Notes under the pieces: model-generated
What the model saw: the letters and a program-made list of their open reading frames with translations, nothing else
Databases searched by the model: none
Told to the model about the DNA's origin: nothing
Translations under genes and position numbers: made by a program
Source: Desulfatiglandales bacterium
GTDB taxonomy: Bacteria > Desulfobacterota > DSM-4660 > Desulfatiglandales > HGW-15
Direction: 5' to 3'
Assembly (NCBI GenBank): GCA_963667015.2
Contig: CAXXJJ010000004.1
Span: 2,752,001 to 2,816,000, forward strand
Length of the DNA stretch: 64,000 nt
Part shown: positions 1 through 13,418 of the stretch, one piece after another
How the letters are laid out: every line of letters starts with the position of its first letter
Numbering within the stretch: position 1 is the first letter of the stretch

Positions 1-1345
<1,345 letters not shown>

Positions 1346-1531
1346 AAAATAAACCAATATTAGCTACTTAATTAAATCCTTATAATATAATAAGGCACCT
1401 TATGAAATTATTTTACTCTGTATTCAGTTGTCAAAGATCTAAAAGGGCTTTCTGCCCCTGAGCTTAAGGCTCAAAGCTCAAAGTTAAATAATGCCTGTTT
1501 CAACTTTGAGCTTTCAACTTTAAGACCAAAT

Positions 1532-1607
1532 TGGTGGAGGTGAACGGGTTCGAACCGATGACCTTCTGCGTGCAAGGCAGATGCTCTCCCAGCTGAGCTA
1601 CACCCCC
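1532..1607 (-). tRNA. tRNA-Ala(TGC), 16S-23S spacer
   Basis: GGGGGTGTAGCTCAGCTGGGAGAGCA...TTGCA...GGTTCGAACCC...CCACCA cloverleaf. Confidence 0.98.
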
Positions 1608-1616
1608 TAAATAAAA

Positions 1617-1695
<79 letters not shown>

Positions 1696-1861
1696 ATTCG
1701 ATTACATAAGCGATTTTAGATCGCGGATTCAAATAATCATTTTACCGAAACCCGAATTTCAAATCCAAAATTCGCCTCATTCTCTCAAAACTAAATAGTG
1801 TAAACCGCTTAAGGTATGACCTGGGATTATTCTTCTCGGACTGAGAAGATATCTATCCTTA

Positions 1862-3425
<1,564 letters not shown>

Positions 3426-3494
3426 ATATTGGTTATATTTTAAAGTCCAATGGACTTTTTATTCTGACTTGACCCAAGCGGTTACACTATTTAG

Positions 3495-3507
3495 TTTTCA
3501 AAGAACG
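3495..3507 (-). promoter_or_regulatory. rRNA leader boxA antitermination site
   Basis: CGTTCTTTGAAAA in the leader. The adjacent CTAAATAGTG is complementary to 1791-1800 (processing stem). A spacer boxA-like GATCTTTGACAA lies at ~1428-1439. Confidence 0.75.
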
Positions 3508-3571
3508 ATTCGCCTGAAACTTATTTTATTACTCAGACGTTCCTGTTCACTCCTCCAAAAGAAGAAACCGA

Positions 3572-3600
3572 ACTTTATCTTTTTTGTTTTAAACTGTCAA
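3572..3600 (-). promoter_or_regulatory. rRNA promoter (proximal, sigma70)
   Basis: TTGACA-17 nt-TAAAGT preceded by an A/T-rich UP-like tract. Confidence 0.8.
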
Positions 3601-3750
3601 GCAATTTTTTAATTAATTTTATTTTTTTTCAAAAATCTTTTTTATTAAATTGCTTACGTTGCTTTTTTTCAAAGCCCCTGTAAAAGCTGCTTGAAAAACA
3701 ACCTGCCGTTCATTACTTAATAACCTTAAAAGATTATATTCGTTTAATTC

Positions 3751-3810
3751 TTCAAAGAGCGTTTTTGTAACTGGCGGCGAGTTATATTCTTTTGCCTGCC
3801 AATTTGTCAA
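3751..3810 (-). promoter_or_regulatory. rRNA promoter (distal, sigma70) with boxA-like site
   Basis: TTGACA-18 nt-TATAAC, GC-rich discriminator-like TCGCCGCC, then CGCTCTTTGAA; A/T-rich upstream. Confidence 0.65.
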
Positions 3811-3851
3811 GCATTTTTAATTTTTATTTTAAGATTATTTTAAATCTTTTT

Positions 3852-4997
3852 TTAATTAAAAAACCTGGCTATTGTATCAACAACATATTGCAGTTCATCC
3901 TCTATAAGCTCAGGATAAACCGGAATGGCTAACGATGTTTTAGATGCTTTTACAGAGATCGGAAAATCTTCAGATTTATAACCGAGATAAGAAAAACACT
4001 TTTGTTCATGTAGCGATACAGGATAATAGACTTCACAGCCTATTTCATTTTCAGTGAGATACGTTTTCAAGGAGTCTCTATGCTGACCTGCATTAATAAC
4101 ATATTGGTGATAAATGTGCCGCTCTTCTTTTTTATACGGCAACATGATATCGTTCAATTTTTTTTCTTCAAAGAGCGTTTTGTAACTGGTCGCGTTATAT
4201 ATTCTTTCGTCGGACCATTTGTCAAGATATTTTAATTTAATATTTAAAATAACTGCCTGTAAGGCATCAAGCCTGAAATTACCACCTATATAGTCATGAT
4301 AATATCTTTTTACATCACCATGATTACGGTATTGCTTTAGCAGGCCGTATAAGGCTTCATCATTGCAGGTGACTAAACCACCTTCTCCGAAAGCCCCCAG
4401 ATTCTTTGTCGGATAGAATGAAAAACAACCATAATCACCCATCGTGCCGGCTCTTTTTACCGTTCCGTCGCTGAACCTGTATTCAGCACCAATTGCCTGT
4501 GCTGCATCTTCTATAACTATGAGGCCGTACTGATTTGCAAGCTTTAATATCGGCTCCATATCTGCACACTGCCCATATAAATGAACAGGTATAACTGCTT
4601 TCAGCTTTGAAAGCTCATCCGGGGTAAATCTTGAAATGCTTTCCTCAAGCTTTTTCGGATCAAGATTGTATGTCTGCTCATCTATATCTACAAAAACGGG
4701 TTTTGCGCCTACCCGGGCTATTGCGCCGGCAGTAGCGAAAAAAGTATATGGCGATGTGATAACCAAATCACCCTGCCCTATACCTGCAACCATTAATGAT
4801 AATAAAAGAGCGTCACTACCAGATGAAACACCAACTGCATATTTACATCCACAGTAATCAGCAATATTCCTTTCAAAGTCTTCGACTTTAGGACCGCCGA
4901 TAAAATACTGGGTTTCAAATACCTCTAAAGCAGAAGGTACTATTTCATCCCTGATAGAATCATACTGTTTTTTTAAATCCAGCAAGGGAACTTTCAA
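3852..4997 (-). CDS. DegT/DnrJ/EryC1/StrS family PLP aminotransferase
   Basis: Motifs PVHLYGQ, EDAAQAIGA and SFYPTKNLGAFGEGG. Confidence 0.95.
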   Translation of the reverse strand: MKVPLLDLKKQYDSIRDEIVPSALEVFETQYFIGGPKVEDFERNIADYCGCKYAVGVSSGSDALLLSLMVAGIGQGDLVITSPYTFFATAGAIARVGAKPVFVDIDEQTYNLDPKKLEESISRFTPDELSKLKAVIPVHLYGQCADMEPILKLANQYGLIVIEDAAQAIGAEYRFSDGTVKRAGTMGDYGCFSFYPTKNLGAFGEGGLVTCNDEALYGLLKQYRNHGDVKRYYHDYIGGNFRLDALQAVILNIKLKYLDKWSDERIYNATSYKTLFEEKKLNDIMLPYKKEERHIYHQYVINAGQHRDSLKTYLTENEIGCEVYYPVSLHEQKCFSYLGYKSEDFPISVKASKTSLAIPVYPELIEDELQYVVDTIARFFN

Positions 4998-5129
4998 TTT
5001 AAATTACCTCGTGTAAAATTCCCGAAAGAACGAATGTACTAATCAGATGCTTTCAGGAAGCGGGCAGATTTAGCAGGAGCGTATAAAATAGTCAATATAA
5101 AAAACACTAATAAAACGTTATTTTCAAAA

Positions 5130-6290
5130 TTATTTAACCAGTTCTGATACAGGAACTACTTCATAACTTTTTATCAATTGTTTTGTATATATTTTTAATA
5201 TATTCAGGGTTTCCTTGTGAGGGTGCCCGATTCCGATAGCACTTCCCGAATACCTGGCAAAGCCTAAAAGACGATCCATCTGATACTTGAGAGCCGTTTC
5301 GGACAGATCATTGTCTATAAACCATTTTTTCTCTGCAGCCGGAACCCCCAGCGCCTTTGCAACCTTATATGCCACCGTCCGGTCGGTTGTACGGCTGTCT
5401 ATATAATATAGATCATGTTTCTTCACTTCATCAAGTACATGTTTCATCTTGGTATAGTCTTCGGAAAACAGTGACCCCATATGATGATTTACACCCTTCA
5501 GGCCGGGGAATTTAATAATATCCTCTCTAACTATTTTCTGTATGGTTTCCCTGTCCATGCTGACCATTAAAGCCCCTTTACCGGGATTAACCCTGGGATA
5601 CCCTTTAGGTTCCATGGGCAGGTGTAAAAGTATTTCTCCACCTTTATTCACTGTCGCTGCAGCTATTTTCTTTGAATATGGAGCATTCGGCAGGATAGAA
5701 AGGCATACTGGTATCTCCAGGTCCATAAAGGAGGCGGCAAGCGATATGTCATACCCTATATCATCTATTATAAAGGCCACTTTTGGTAAATGGGCGGATC
5801 TGATCTTCTTCCTGGCCTTATATTTCAGTTCCAACCGATGGGTAACACAATTAAAAACCTTGATATTAAAAAACACCTGATCACTGGAAACTTTTTCTGA
5901 TTCGACTGAAACGTCCTGGTGCATGCTGTATATTTTTTGCGGGAGTCGGGTTTCAAGTCGGCCAACGGAATCAGGATTGTTTAATCGGACATTCATCTCA
6001 GTAAAATCCCAATCCAGATTTCTTTTTCTTCTCGGTACTACTTTGGAAAAGGAGATATCCTCTTCGTTTACTCCCTCCTTATAAAGTGCTTCATATAGAA
6101 GATTATCTACTTTAGTAATTATTGATTTAAATTCATTTGATGAGGCATATTCTTCCTCAAAAACAGGTGTAGTGGTACTGCGGGGTATTATATGGAGGAA
6201 AAACAATCCCGCTGCTGCGACTATAAAAAGAACGGACAGAGCAATTATCGCCGGGAAGGCAGCGGGCTTTTTTTTCTTTTTCCCCTTCAT
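5130..6290 (-). CDS. divergent polysaccharide deacetylase (YibQ-like)
   Basis: IIDDIG, LHLPMEP, NHHMGS, DSRTT, IGIGHP; N-terminal TM; follows envC-ctpA. Confidence 0.92.
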   Translation of the reverse strand: MKGKKKKKPAAFPAIIALSVLFIVAAAGLFFLHIIPRSTTTPVFEEEYASSNEFKSIITKVDNLLYEALYKEGVNEEDISFSKVVPRRKRNLDWDFTEMNVRLNNPDSVGRLETRLPQKIYSMHQDVSVESEKVSSDQVFFNIKVFNCVTHRLELKYKARKKIRSAHLPKVAFIIDDIGYDISLAASFMDLEIPVCLSILPNAPYSKKIAAATVNKGGEILLHLPMEPKGYPRVNPGKGALMVSMDRETIQKIVREDIIKFPGLKGVNHHMGSLFSEDYTKMKHVLDEVKKHDLYYIDSRTTDRTVAYKVAKALGVPAAEKKWFIDNDLSETALKYQMDRLLGFARYSGSAIGIGHPHKETLNILKIYTKQLIKSYEVVPVSELVK

Positions 6291-6297
6291 TTTTTAA

Positions 6298-7755
6298 TCA
6301 GTTGACCTGTACAGTATCAGAAGTTCCTCCGGTATTAATTTGTTGAATAACACCCCAGGATTTCAACACCTGTACCGCCATATTGACCTGATTATCTATG
6401 GCCAGTCGTTCCAGATATAAGGTATCCAGATCCTTTTCTTCTTCAACATCTGCTGAGTCATCCTCTTTTGTGCTTTCATCCGGCGATTCGTCCGTGTTTT
6501 TCTCCGGTGATTTTTTCAGTTCTTTATCATCCTGAATCGATTCATCTGTGCTATCCGAAGCATCTTCTTCAATACTGTCATTAACCATATGGTTATCCAG
6601 GTCCTCTTCTCTAAGGAGATGCGGCAATTCGTCTTCATCCTTTTCAGGGAAAGGGGCGTATTCAAGTTCGATGTCAGGTTCTATACCGCTTACCTGAATC
6701 GACCTGCCGCTGGGAGTGTAATAGCGGGCAGTGGTCAACCGCAATCCTGATCCATCAGATAATGGGAGGATAGTCTGAACTGATCCTTTACCGAATGTCC
6801 TTGTCCCGAGTATAAGGGCTCTTTTATTATCCTGCAGGGCCCCAGCCACAATCTCTGAGGCACTCGCGCTGCCGCCGCTTACAACAACTACAATGGGATA
6901 GCTTCTGTCTGTTTCATCTTTTATTGCAGACTCAACTATATCCTGTTCGGTTATTCTTCCCTTTGTGCTTACTATTACACCGGAATCAAGGAACACATCC
7001 GAAACCCCTATTGCCTGGGTAAGCAGGCCGCCGGGGTTATCTCTCAAATCAAGGACAAGACCTTTTAATGGCTTTTCCTTTTCGAGTTTATCCAGGTTCT
7101 CCAGAAGCTCTTCTGTAGTGTTCCCCTGAAAATTGGTTATTCGAACATACCCTATATCATGTTCCAGCCGGTAACTGCGTACACTCTGTAAAGGAATCAC
7201 ATCCCTTACAATATGAAATATAAGAGGCTTATCTTCACCTTTACGGCTGATTGTTATTTTGACACTGCTTCCCTTTGGCCCTCTTATCAATTTAACCGCC
7301 TCGGTAGAGGTCATGTCGAGGGTTGTTTTTTCATCAATCTTTATTACTTTATCCCCTGCCTTGATTCCGGCTTTAAAGGCTGGTGTATCTTCAATAGGAG
7401 CAATAACGGTCAGGACATTATCCCTGACAGTAATCTGCATCCCAACCCCGGTAAAACTCCCCTGGGTTTCAACACGGAGGTCATCACTTTCTTCTTTTGT
7501 CATGTAGGTGGAGTGAGGATCCAGGCTCTGCATCATGCCCTTTATGGCACCCTCTATCAGCTTTTTTGCATCCTGAGGTTCCACGTAATTTTCTTCCACC
7601 TGCCGCAGCACCTCCGTGAATAACTCGATATTCCTGTATACATCATCTGTATTGGCGCTTACATCTCTACTGTTTCCATTGATGATAAAAATACCCAGTA
7701 TCAGCAGTGAAGTTATAAGAGTAATTGAGACCAGTTTTTTTTGCGGAAACCTCAT
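6298..7755 (-). CDS. ctpA: S41 carboxyl-terminal processing protease
   Basis: LDPHS, PDZ domain, DLRDNPGG, SASASEI, TFGKGSVQ. Confidence 0.96.
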   Translation of the reverse strand: MRFPQKKLVSITLITSLLILGIFIINGNSRDVSANTDDVYRNIELFTEVLRQVEENYVEPQDAKKLIEGAIKGMMQSLDPHSTYMTKEESDDLRVETQGSFTGVGMQITVRDNVLTVIAPIEDTPAFKAGIKAGDKVIKIDEKTTLDMTSTEAVKLIRGPKGSSVKITISRKGEDKPLIFHIVRDVIPLQSVRSYRLEHDIGYVRITNFQGNTTEELLENLDKLEKEKPLKGLVLDLRDNPGGLLTQAIGVSDVFLDSGVIVSTKGRITEQDIVESAIKDETDRSYPIVVVVSGGSASASEIVAGALQDNKRALILGTRTFGKGSVQTILPLSDGSGLRLTTARYYTPSGRSIQVSGIEPDIELEYAPFPEKDEDELPHLLREEDLDNHMVNDSIEEDASDSTDESIQDDKELKKSPEKNTDESPDESTKEDDSADVEEEKDLDTLYLERLAIDNQVNMAVQVLKSWGVIQQINTGGTSDTVQVN

Positions 7756-7819
7756 AATTTGCTCCTGATTAAGATCAAAATTTAAAACTATTTATTTTAC
7801 TCTACTAAAAAACAAAAGG

Positions 7820-8971
7820 TCAATTAACTTTTAGCCACGCCAATGGGCTAAGGCTTTCCTCTCCTTTTCTTATCTCAAAATAGAGTGCCGGGCCTGTAGT
7901 TAAGCCGGCTTCACCCACATATCCTATTATGTCTCCCGGGTAAACGGTATCGCCTTCAGTCCTTTTTCTCTCATTCAGGTATGCGGATATTGTATAAAAC
8001 CTTTCACCATGATTTATCACAACCACCTGGCCATATCCCTTTAAGATACCTGAATATTCTACTCTCCCCTGGTAGACGGCCTTTACTTCGGAACCTAACG
8101 GCCCGTCAATATATATCCCTTTCTGCTTTCCCAGTGATCTTTTGACTTTTGTTTTAACTTTTTTAAGGACCCTGCCTTTACAGGGCATAGGAAGGTGACC
8201 CTTTGAGGTTCGAAAACCAACCGGCAGGGGAACATCACCTTTTATTGAATTTTTTTCGAGATTCGATATTGTATCTTTTAAATCATCAGCAGCTGCCTGC
8301 AGTTCTTTTACGGCTACTTCATAAAATTCCTTCTCTTTGTGCACCTTTGCAAGCAGAAAAACTTCTTTCTCCAGTACCTGTTTAAGATCATCCAGGTTAT
8401 TATTTTCCGATTCTTCAAGGCGTGTAACGGCATTAACCTGCTCTTCAATAAGGAACGCCTCATGAGAATAATCAGCCTTCTTCAGGGCGAGTTCATTCAT
8501 CACAGATCTGTCTTCGTCCATTATCACCCTCAGGTACTTAATAATATGGTTTAAAAGATCAAGATCTTCGGTGTCCAGCAGTACCTTGATGTACCCTCTT
8601 TTTGAATTTTTATAAAAAGCAACCAGTCTTTTTGCCAAGAGGGCTTCAATATTATTTAAGGAGGATTCGAGTTCTTCCAGATTTTTTCTTTGCGTTGTTA
8701 ACTCATCTCTTTTTGAAGAGAGGCTGGCATTTATTTCTTTGAGGATTTTCCTTTTTTCATTAATCTCCTTTTCAATCTGCGAAAGCTGTTCCAGAACATC
8801 CTTTTCCTTTACATCATACTTCTGCAGCTTCTCTTTTTCCCGATTGAGATCAATTTCGATCTGCTCAATCTGCTTTTTTTTATTTTCGGTATCGGTTGCC
8901 TGTTTTCCGGCTGATGAAAGGGCCGGGAATAAAATGAGGAGAGAAAGCAAAGCGCACAGGGCATGGCGCAT
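7820..8971 (-). CDS. envC: murein hydrolase activator EnvC (coiled coil + M23-like domain)
   Basis: Long coiled coil and C-terminal GYGQVVVINHG...LYFEIR lacking the Zn-ligand His residues; lies after ftsEX. ATG 8971 gives a signal peptide; the frame is open to 9058. Confidence 0.88.
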   Translation of the reverse strand: MRHALCALLSLLILFPALSSAGKQATDTENKKKQIEQIEIDLNREKEKLQKYDVKEKDVLEQLSQIEKEINEKRKILKEINASLSSKRDELTTQRKNLEELESSLNNIEALLAKRLVAFYKNSKRGYIKVLLDTEDLDLLNHIIKYLRVIMDEDRSVMNELALKKADYSHEAFLIEEQVNAVTRLEESENNNLDDLKQVLEKEVFLLAKVHKEKEFYEVAVKELQAAADDLKDTISNLEKNSIKGDVPLPVGFRTSKGHLPMPCKGRVLKKVKTKVKRSLGKQKGIYIDGPLGSEVKAVYQGRVEYSGILKGYGQVVVINHGERFYTISAYLNERKRTEGDTVYPGDIIGYVGEAGLTTGPALYFEIRKGEESLSPLAWLKVN

Positions 8972-9067
8972 TGAGTAAAAGCTGGTACATGGGCATTTCG
9001 CTATGCGCTCTGCGCTCTGCGCCATGCTTTTTTTCTGCTGACCTATGTCTTCTGGCATCTGATCTCT
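8946..9067. repeat. heptamer inverted-repeat element overlapping the envC 5' end
   Basis: GCAAAGCGCACAGGGCATGGCGCA ... CGCTATGCGCTCTGCGCTCTGCGCCATGCT, followed by TCTGCTGACC..TCTGGCATCTGATCTCT. Confidence 0.75.
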
Positions 9068-9960
9068 TACACCTTAAAAAAACGCCCGATCGCAATCAGG
9101 CCGCCTATAAACCCCAGTGCAATACTCAGGAGAATAATAGATATTGAATGCTCAAAGGATAAAAAGGTAAAATCAATTACCGGAAGCCCGAATATCGGCA
9201 CTGTTTTTACAGAGAAAACCGAATAAACCACAAGTAGTATTACAAACGAGAGAATACCGCCGAACAACCCCTCTATAGCGCCTTCGATCAGGTAGGGTAA
9301 TTTTACAAACCAGTCTGTAGCGCCAACCAGTTTGTATATCTCTATCTCATCACGTCGGGAATATATGGTAAGCTTAATCGTATTGGTTGTTATGAACAGA
9401 ACTGCCATGCAAAGGAACCCGCCTATAACCAGGCCCAAAATCCTGAAAACATTTATAATACCTTTGAAACGTTCCATCCATTGATCGCTGTACTGGACCT
9501 CATCAACACCGTCGATCTTTTCAAGGTCTGACTTAATTTTTTCAGGATCGATTTTATACCCTTCTGTTTCATGGAACAGTATTTCATATGACCCCGGAAG
9601 CGGATTAGTCTTTAGTCCTTCAAGAAGTCCGACCTGATCGCCAAGACTGCTTTTTAAACTGTTTAACGCCTGCTCCTTGGAAATAAAACTCTTTATTTTA
9701 GCTCCATCAAGGCTTTTCAGAGCTGATTCAATTTTACCCTTTGCATTTTCATCAAGGCCATCCTCAATATATACTGACATCGAAAGGGATTCTCCCCAGT
9801 CACTCAGCCAGTTATTAATATTCACAGATAAAAGGAGGAAAGAGCCAAGAAGAAGCATAGAGATGGTTATCGTACCTATACTTATCATATGCACAAGACG
9901 ATTGTTTTTAATATTTGTGAAGGCTGTCTTAAAAAAGTAGATAAAGAGTCTTAGTTTCAT
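9067..9960 (-). CDS. ftsX: cell division permease FtsX
   Basis: 4 TM segments, NPLP motif, NTIKLTIYSRRDEIEIYKLVGAT. Confidence 0.96.
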   Translation of the reverse strand: MKLRLFIYFFKTAFTNIKNNRLVHMISIGTITISMLLLGSFLLLSVNINNWLSDWGESLSMSVYIEDGLDENAKGKIESALKSLDGAKIKSFISKEQALNSLKSSLGDQVGLLEGLKTNPLPGSYEILFHETEGYKIDPEKIKSDLEKIDGVDEVQYSDQWMERFKGIINVFRILGLVIGGFLCMAVLFITTNTIKLTIYSRRDEIEIYKLVGATDWFVKLPYLIEGAIEGLFGGILSFVILLVVYSVFSVKTVPIFGLPVIDFTFLSFEHSISIILLSIALGFIGGLIAIGRFFKV

Positions 9961-10620
9961 TTAGGTTATCTCGTCAACTACCTGTCCGTTTTTAAGTACA
10001 ATTATCCGCTGTCCTGTGTTCTCAAGCAGCTCTCTGCTGTGCGTTGCAATAATTACTGTAGTGCCGTTCATATTTATTGTCCTGAAGAGCAGCATAATAT
10101 CCCTGGTAATATCAGGATCAAGATTACCGGTGGGCTCATCAGCTACCAGAATAAGGGGTTTATTAATAATAGCTCTTGCTATAGCGACCCTTTGCTGCTC
10201 GCCGCCGGACAACTGAAGGGGGAAGGCCTTTTCCTTGTTCGCAAGTCCCACGGATCTGAGGGCCTGGTGTGTCTTTTTCCTGATGTCCACCGGCCGTTCA
10301 CCTGTAACCTCAAGTGCAAGCGCCACGTTCTGGTACACGGTTTTACTGTTCAGCAGTTTAAAATCCTGAAATACGAAACCTATCTTTCTTCGTAAAAGAT
10401 CAAGATTCTTTCTTTTTATGCGTGTAAAGTTGATATTGTTTATGAGTATCTGGCCGCTTGTGGGGATATCTGACCCAAAGATAAGCCTGAGCAGGGTTGT
10501 CTTTCCAGCTCCGCTAGGACCTGTAACAAACACAAATTCTCCCTTTCTTATCCTCAGATTTATATCTTCAAGGGCCTTATTTGTTCCATAACTTTTTGAT
10601 ACTCTGAATATCTGGATCAT
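9961..10620 (-). CDS. ftsE: cell division ATP-binding protein FtsE
   Basis: GPSGAGKT, FQDFKLL, LSGGEQQR, ADEPTGNLD. Confidence 0.97.
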   Translation of the reverse strand: MIQIFRVSKSYGTNKALEDINLRIRKGEFVFVTGPSGAGKTTLLRLIFGSDIPTSGQILINNINFTRIKRKNLDLLRRKIGFVFQDFKLLNSKTVYQNVALALEVTGERPVDIRKKTHQALRSVGLANKEKAFPLQLSGGEQQRVAIARAIINKPLILVADEPTGNLDPDITRDIMLLFRTINMNGTTVIIATHSRELLENTGQRIIVLKNGQVVDEIT

Positions 10621-10628
10621 GCTTTCTA

Positions 10629-11982
10629 CTAATATTCCCCCATAGCTCTCAACAGTGCCGCCTTTGCCAGATGATGATCATAGAGAGCACTATAGTAGTT
10701 AACCCTTGCCTGAGTCAACAGTGTCTGTGCGTCAAGGACTTCTGTTGATGTGGTTACCTGGGCCTTATATCTTTCGCTGCTTACGCGTAGATTTTCTTCA
10801 CCCTGTTCAACAGCCTTTTTAGCCGCAGGTATCCTTTTTTCCGTTTCCTGCAGATTAAGAATAGCGTTTTTTAATTCAAGTTTTATCCCGTCTTCAATTG
10901 ATCTTTTTGTATTTACCAGCTGCTGTTTATTCAATTCCTTCTGCTTTACAGAGTATTTATCACTGCCCCAGTTCCAGAAGTTCCAGGTAAGGCTGGCCAT
11001 TGCCTGCCAGCTGTTGGTGTCAAGCAGGGAAGATGATCCGCTGACGGATGGAGTATCTCCTGTTTTTGTATAATTATAGGTTAATGCTATTTCAGGGTAA
11101 TATTTACTTTTTGCAATCTTTATCTGCTGGTCAATCTGCTGGTCATTTATTTCAACAGATTTTATTTCCGGTCTTTTTTGAAGTGCCTGTTCATAGAATC
11201 TATCAAAATTAATAGCTTCGGGAATGTAGTCCTGAATATCCTGAACATTTACTGGTGAATCAATTGGTTTTGAAAGAACAATATTAAAGGAAGCTCTGGA
11301 TAGATTTGCAGCATTCTGAGCCTTTATAAGGTTTTGTTCAGAATTTGCCAGCTCAACTTCTGCCTTTAAAAGGTCATTAACAGGGATCATACCAACATCA
11401 TAAAAATTCTTTGCAACCTTAAGATGTGATTCCAGTGCCTCCACTGCTCTCTGTGCAACTTCAACCGCTTTATCAGCTTTTAATATATTAAAATATGCTT
11501 CCTTTGCCCTTAGCGCAATATCAAGCTTTTCAAGCCCAAGCTCCATTTCACTCAGGTCAATCCCCAGTTTGCCAAGCTCATAAGCACTGCTGAGAGCAAA
11601 TCCTGTAAAAAGAGGCTGGGTAACTGTTCCCTGCCACTGATAATTGTTTTTTGAACCAAACGCAAAGTCAGTACCGGGAATGCTATTTACTTCACCTTCA
11701 CGTCTGTAAGTGTATGAAGTGCTGAACCTGGGTAAAAGATCCGCCTTTGCTTTCTTTTTGGCGTAGCGCGCTTCCTCTATCTTCTGCTCTTTAGTCTTTA
11801 CTCCCCAGTTTTTTTCTATCGCTTCCTTTACGCTTTTCTCTAATGTGTATATTTCTGTATCTGTATCATCCGCAAAGCCCGTTGCAGGATAAAAAATGCA
11901 TAGGCATAATATTAAACCTAAAAAGAATTTAAGTGTCCTGACTTTAAAAAGCTCGATCCTGACATTCTCTTTCCCCCATCAT
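10629..11982 (-). CDS. TolC family outer membrane protein; 5' end out of frame by 1 nt
   Basis: The frame of ORF 10629..11546 stays open to ~11978 and encodes a signal peptide plus YTLEKSVKEAIEKN...ADLLPRFS...TQPLFTGF. The nearby ATGs (11965, 11979, 11982) are in other frames. Confidence 0.85.
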
Positions 11983-12242
11983 CCCCCGGTGACTTTAAAA
12001 AGCTCAGGGGTTTTAAGTTATTATGAGTTATTAAATTAAAATGATGTTAATTCCATAGAACAGCAAATAGAATATGTCAATGCCATTTAGAAATGCCGGA
12101 AGTCAGTAAATCCGATGCACCGACTTCTTACCTTCGATTTCTCAATCTTCTGCATTCTGTCCTTGACAGAAAATTTTTGTAAAAATAAATTAGTACTTAT
12201 TTTTTCATATATATAATCTTTGGACAAGGCAGAAAATTACAT

Positions 12243-13418
12243 ATGAATAAAAGAATACTAAAACAGATTATTTTTATCCTTGTACTGTTAATCATTTTCC
12301 TATGGATAAAAAAAGATGACCTCCTTGATTTTGCCGGCTACGAGCCTCGGGCAGAAGTACTGGATTTCAATGAACAAAAAGAAGAACTGGAAAACAGGCC
12401 GGTTATTATATCCAAAGATGAAGAAATAAACATTAGAGTATTTGAACAGGCACACCCGGCAGTTGTTAATATTTCCACTCTTACCTATAGCGTAAATTCC
12501 TGGCTGCAAATCATCCCACAGGAGGGACAGGGCTCCGGATTCATCATAGATAAAAGAGGTTATATACTTACCAATTATCATGTCACAAAAAATGCAAAAA
12601 AAATAAGAGTCACACTCGCCAGTGGAGATAAATTACCTGCAAAACTGGTAGGAAGGGATGAGCGTTCAGATATCGCTGTAATTAAAGTGGATTCTGAACA
12701 AATAAATGTTGCAGCAACCCTTGGAGATTCCGATAAAATCAGGGTAGGTCAAAAGGCAATAGCAATCGGAAATCCGTTCGGACTCTCCCATACACTCACT
12801 ACCGGAATAATAAGCGCCCTCGGCAGATCAATAGAAAACTCAGAAGGGATAAGGATTGATGAAATAATACAAACCGATGCAGCAATCAATCCGGGTAATT
12901 CAGGCGGCCCCCTATTGAACTCAAATGGTGAGGTAATAGGTATAAATACAGCGATATTAAGCCGGTCGGGAGGGTATCAGGGAATAGGGTTTGCCATTCC
13001 GATTAACAGGGCCAAGGAAATCGCCAGCCATATTATCTCAACAGGAAAAGTCTTAAGACCATGGATAGGTGTTGAAGTAGTAGTATCGCTTTATGATCTG
13101 GATGATCTGTATGTATATACCTTTGGTCTGCCGGTTAACTATGGCCTGCTTTTACAGAAAATAGCATCCGGAAGTCCTCTGGACCAGGCGGGTCTCAGGG
13201 TAGGTAATGAGCGTGTGGAAATACCTTCGGCGGAATTCAATATAGGGGGTGATATCATCGTTGCCATAGATAATGAGAGAATCAGAAATTTAAAAGAATA
13301 TACCATGGTACTTAACAAGAAAAAAATAGGTCAGAAAATTAATATAGTCTACTATAGGGGAAATCAACGGAAGAAAGTAGAGGTGACAGTTTCAGAAGCA
13401 GATACCTCTGCAATCTAG
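12243..13418 (+). CDS. HtrA/DegP family serine protease with one PDZ domain
   Basis: GSGFII, TNYHV, IQTDAAINPGNSGGPL. Confidence 0.95.
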   Translation: MNKRILKQIIFILVLLIIFLWIKKDDLLDFAGYEPRAEVLDFNEQKEELENRPVIISKDEEINIRVFEQAHPAVVNISTLTYSVNSWLQIIPQEGQGSGFIIDKRGYILTNYHVTKNAKKIRVTLASGDKLPAKLVGRDERSDIAVIKVDSEQINVAATLGDSDKIRVGQKAIAIGNPFGLSHTLTTGIISALGRSIENSEGIRIDEIIQTDAAINPGNSGGPLLNSNGEVIGINTAILSRSGGYQGIGFAIPINRAKEIASHIISTGKVLRPWIGVEVVVSLYDLDDLYVYTFGLPVNYGLLLQKIASGSPLDQAGLRVGNERVEIPSAEFNIGGDIIVAIDNERIRNLKEYTMVLNKKKIGQKINIVYYRGNQRKKVEVTVSEADTSAI

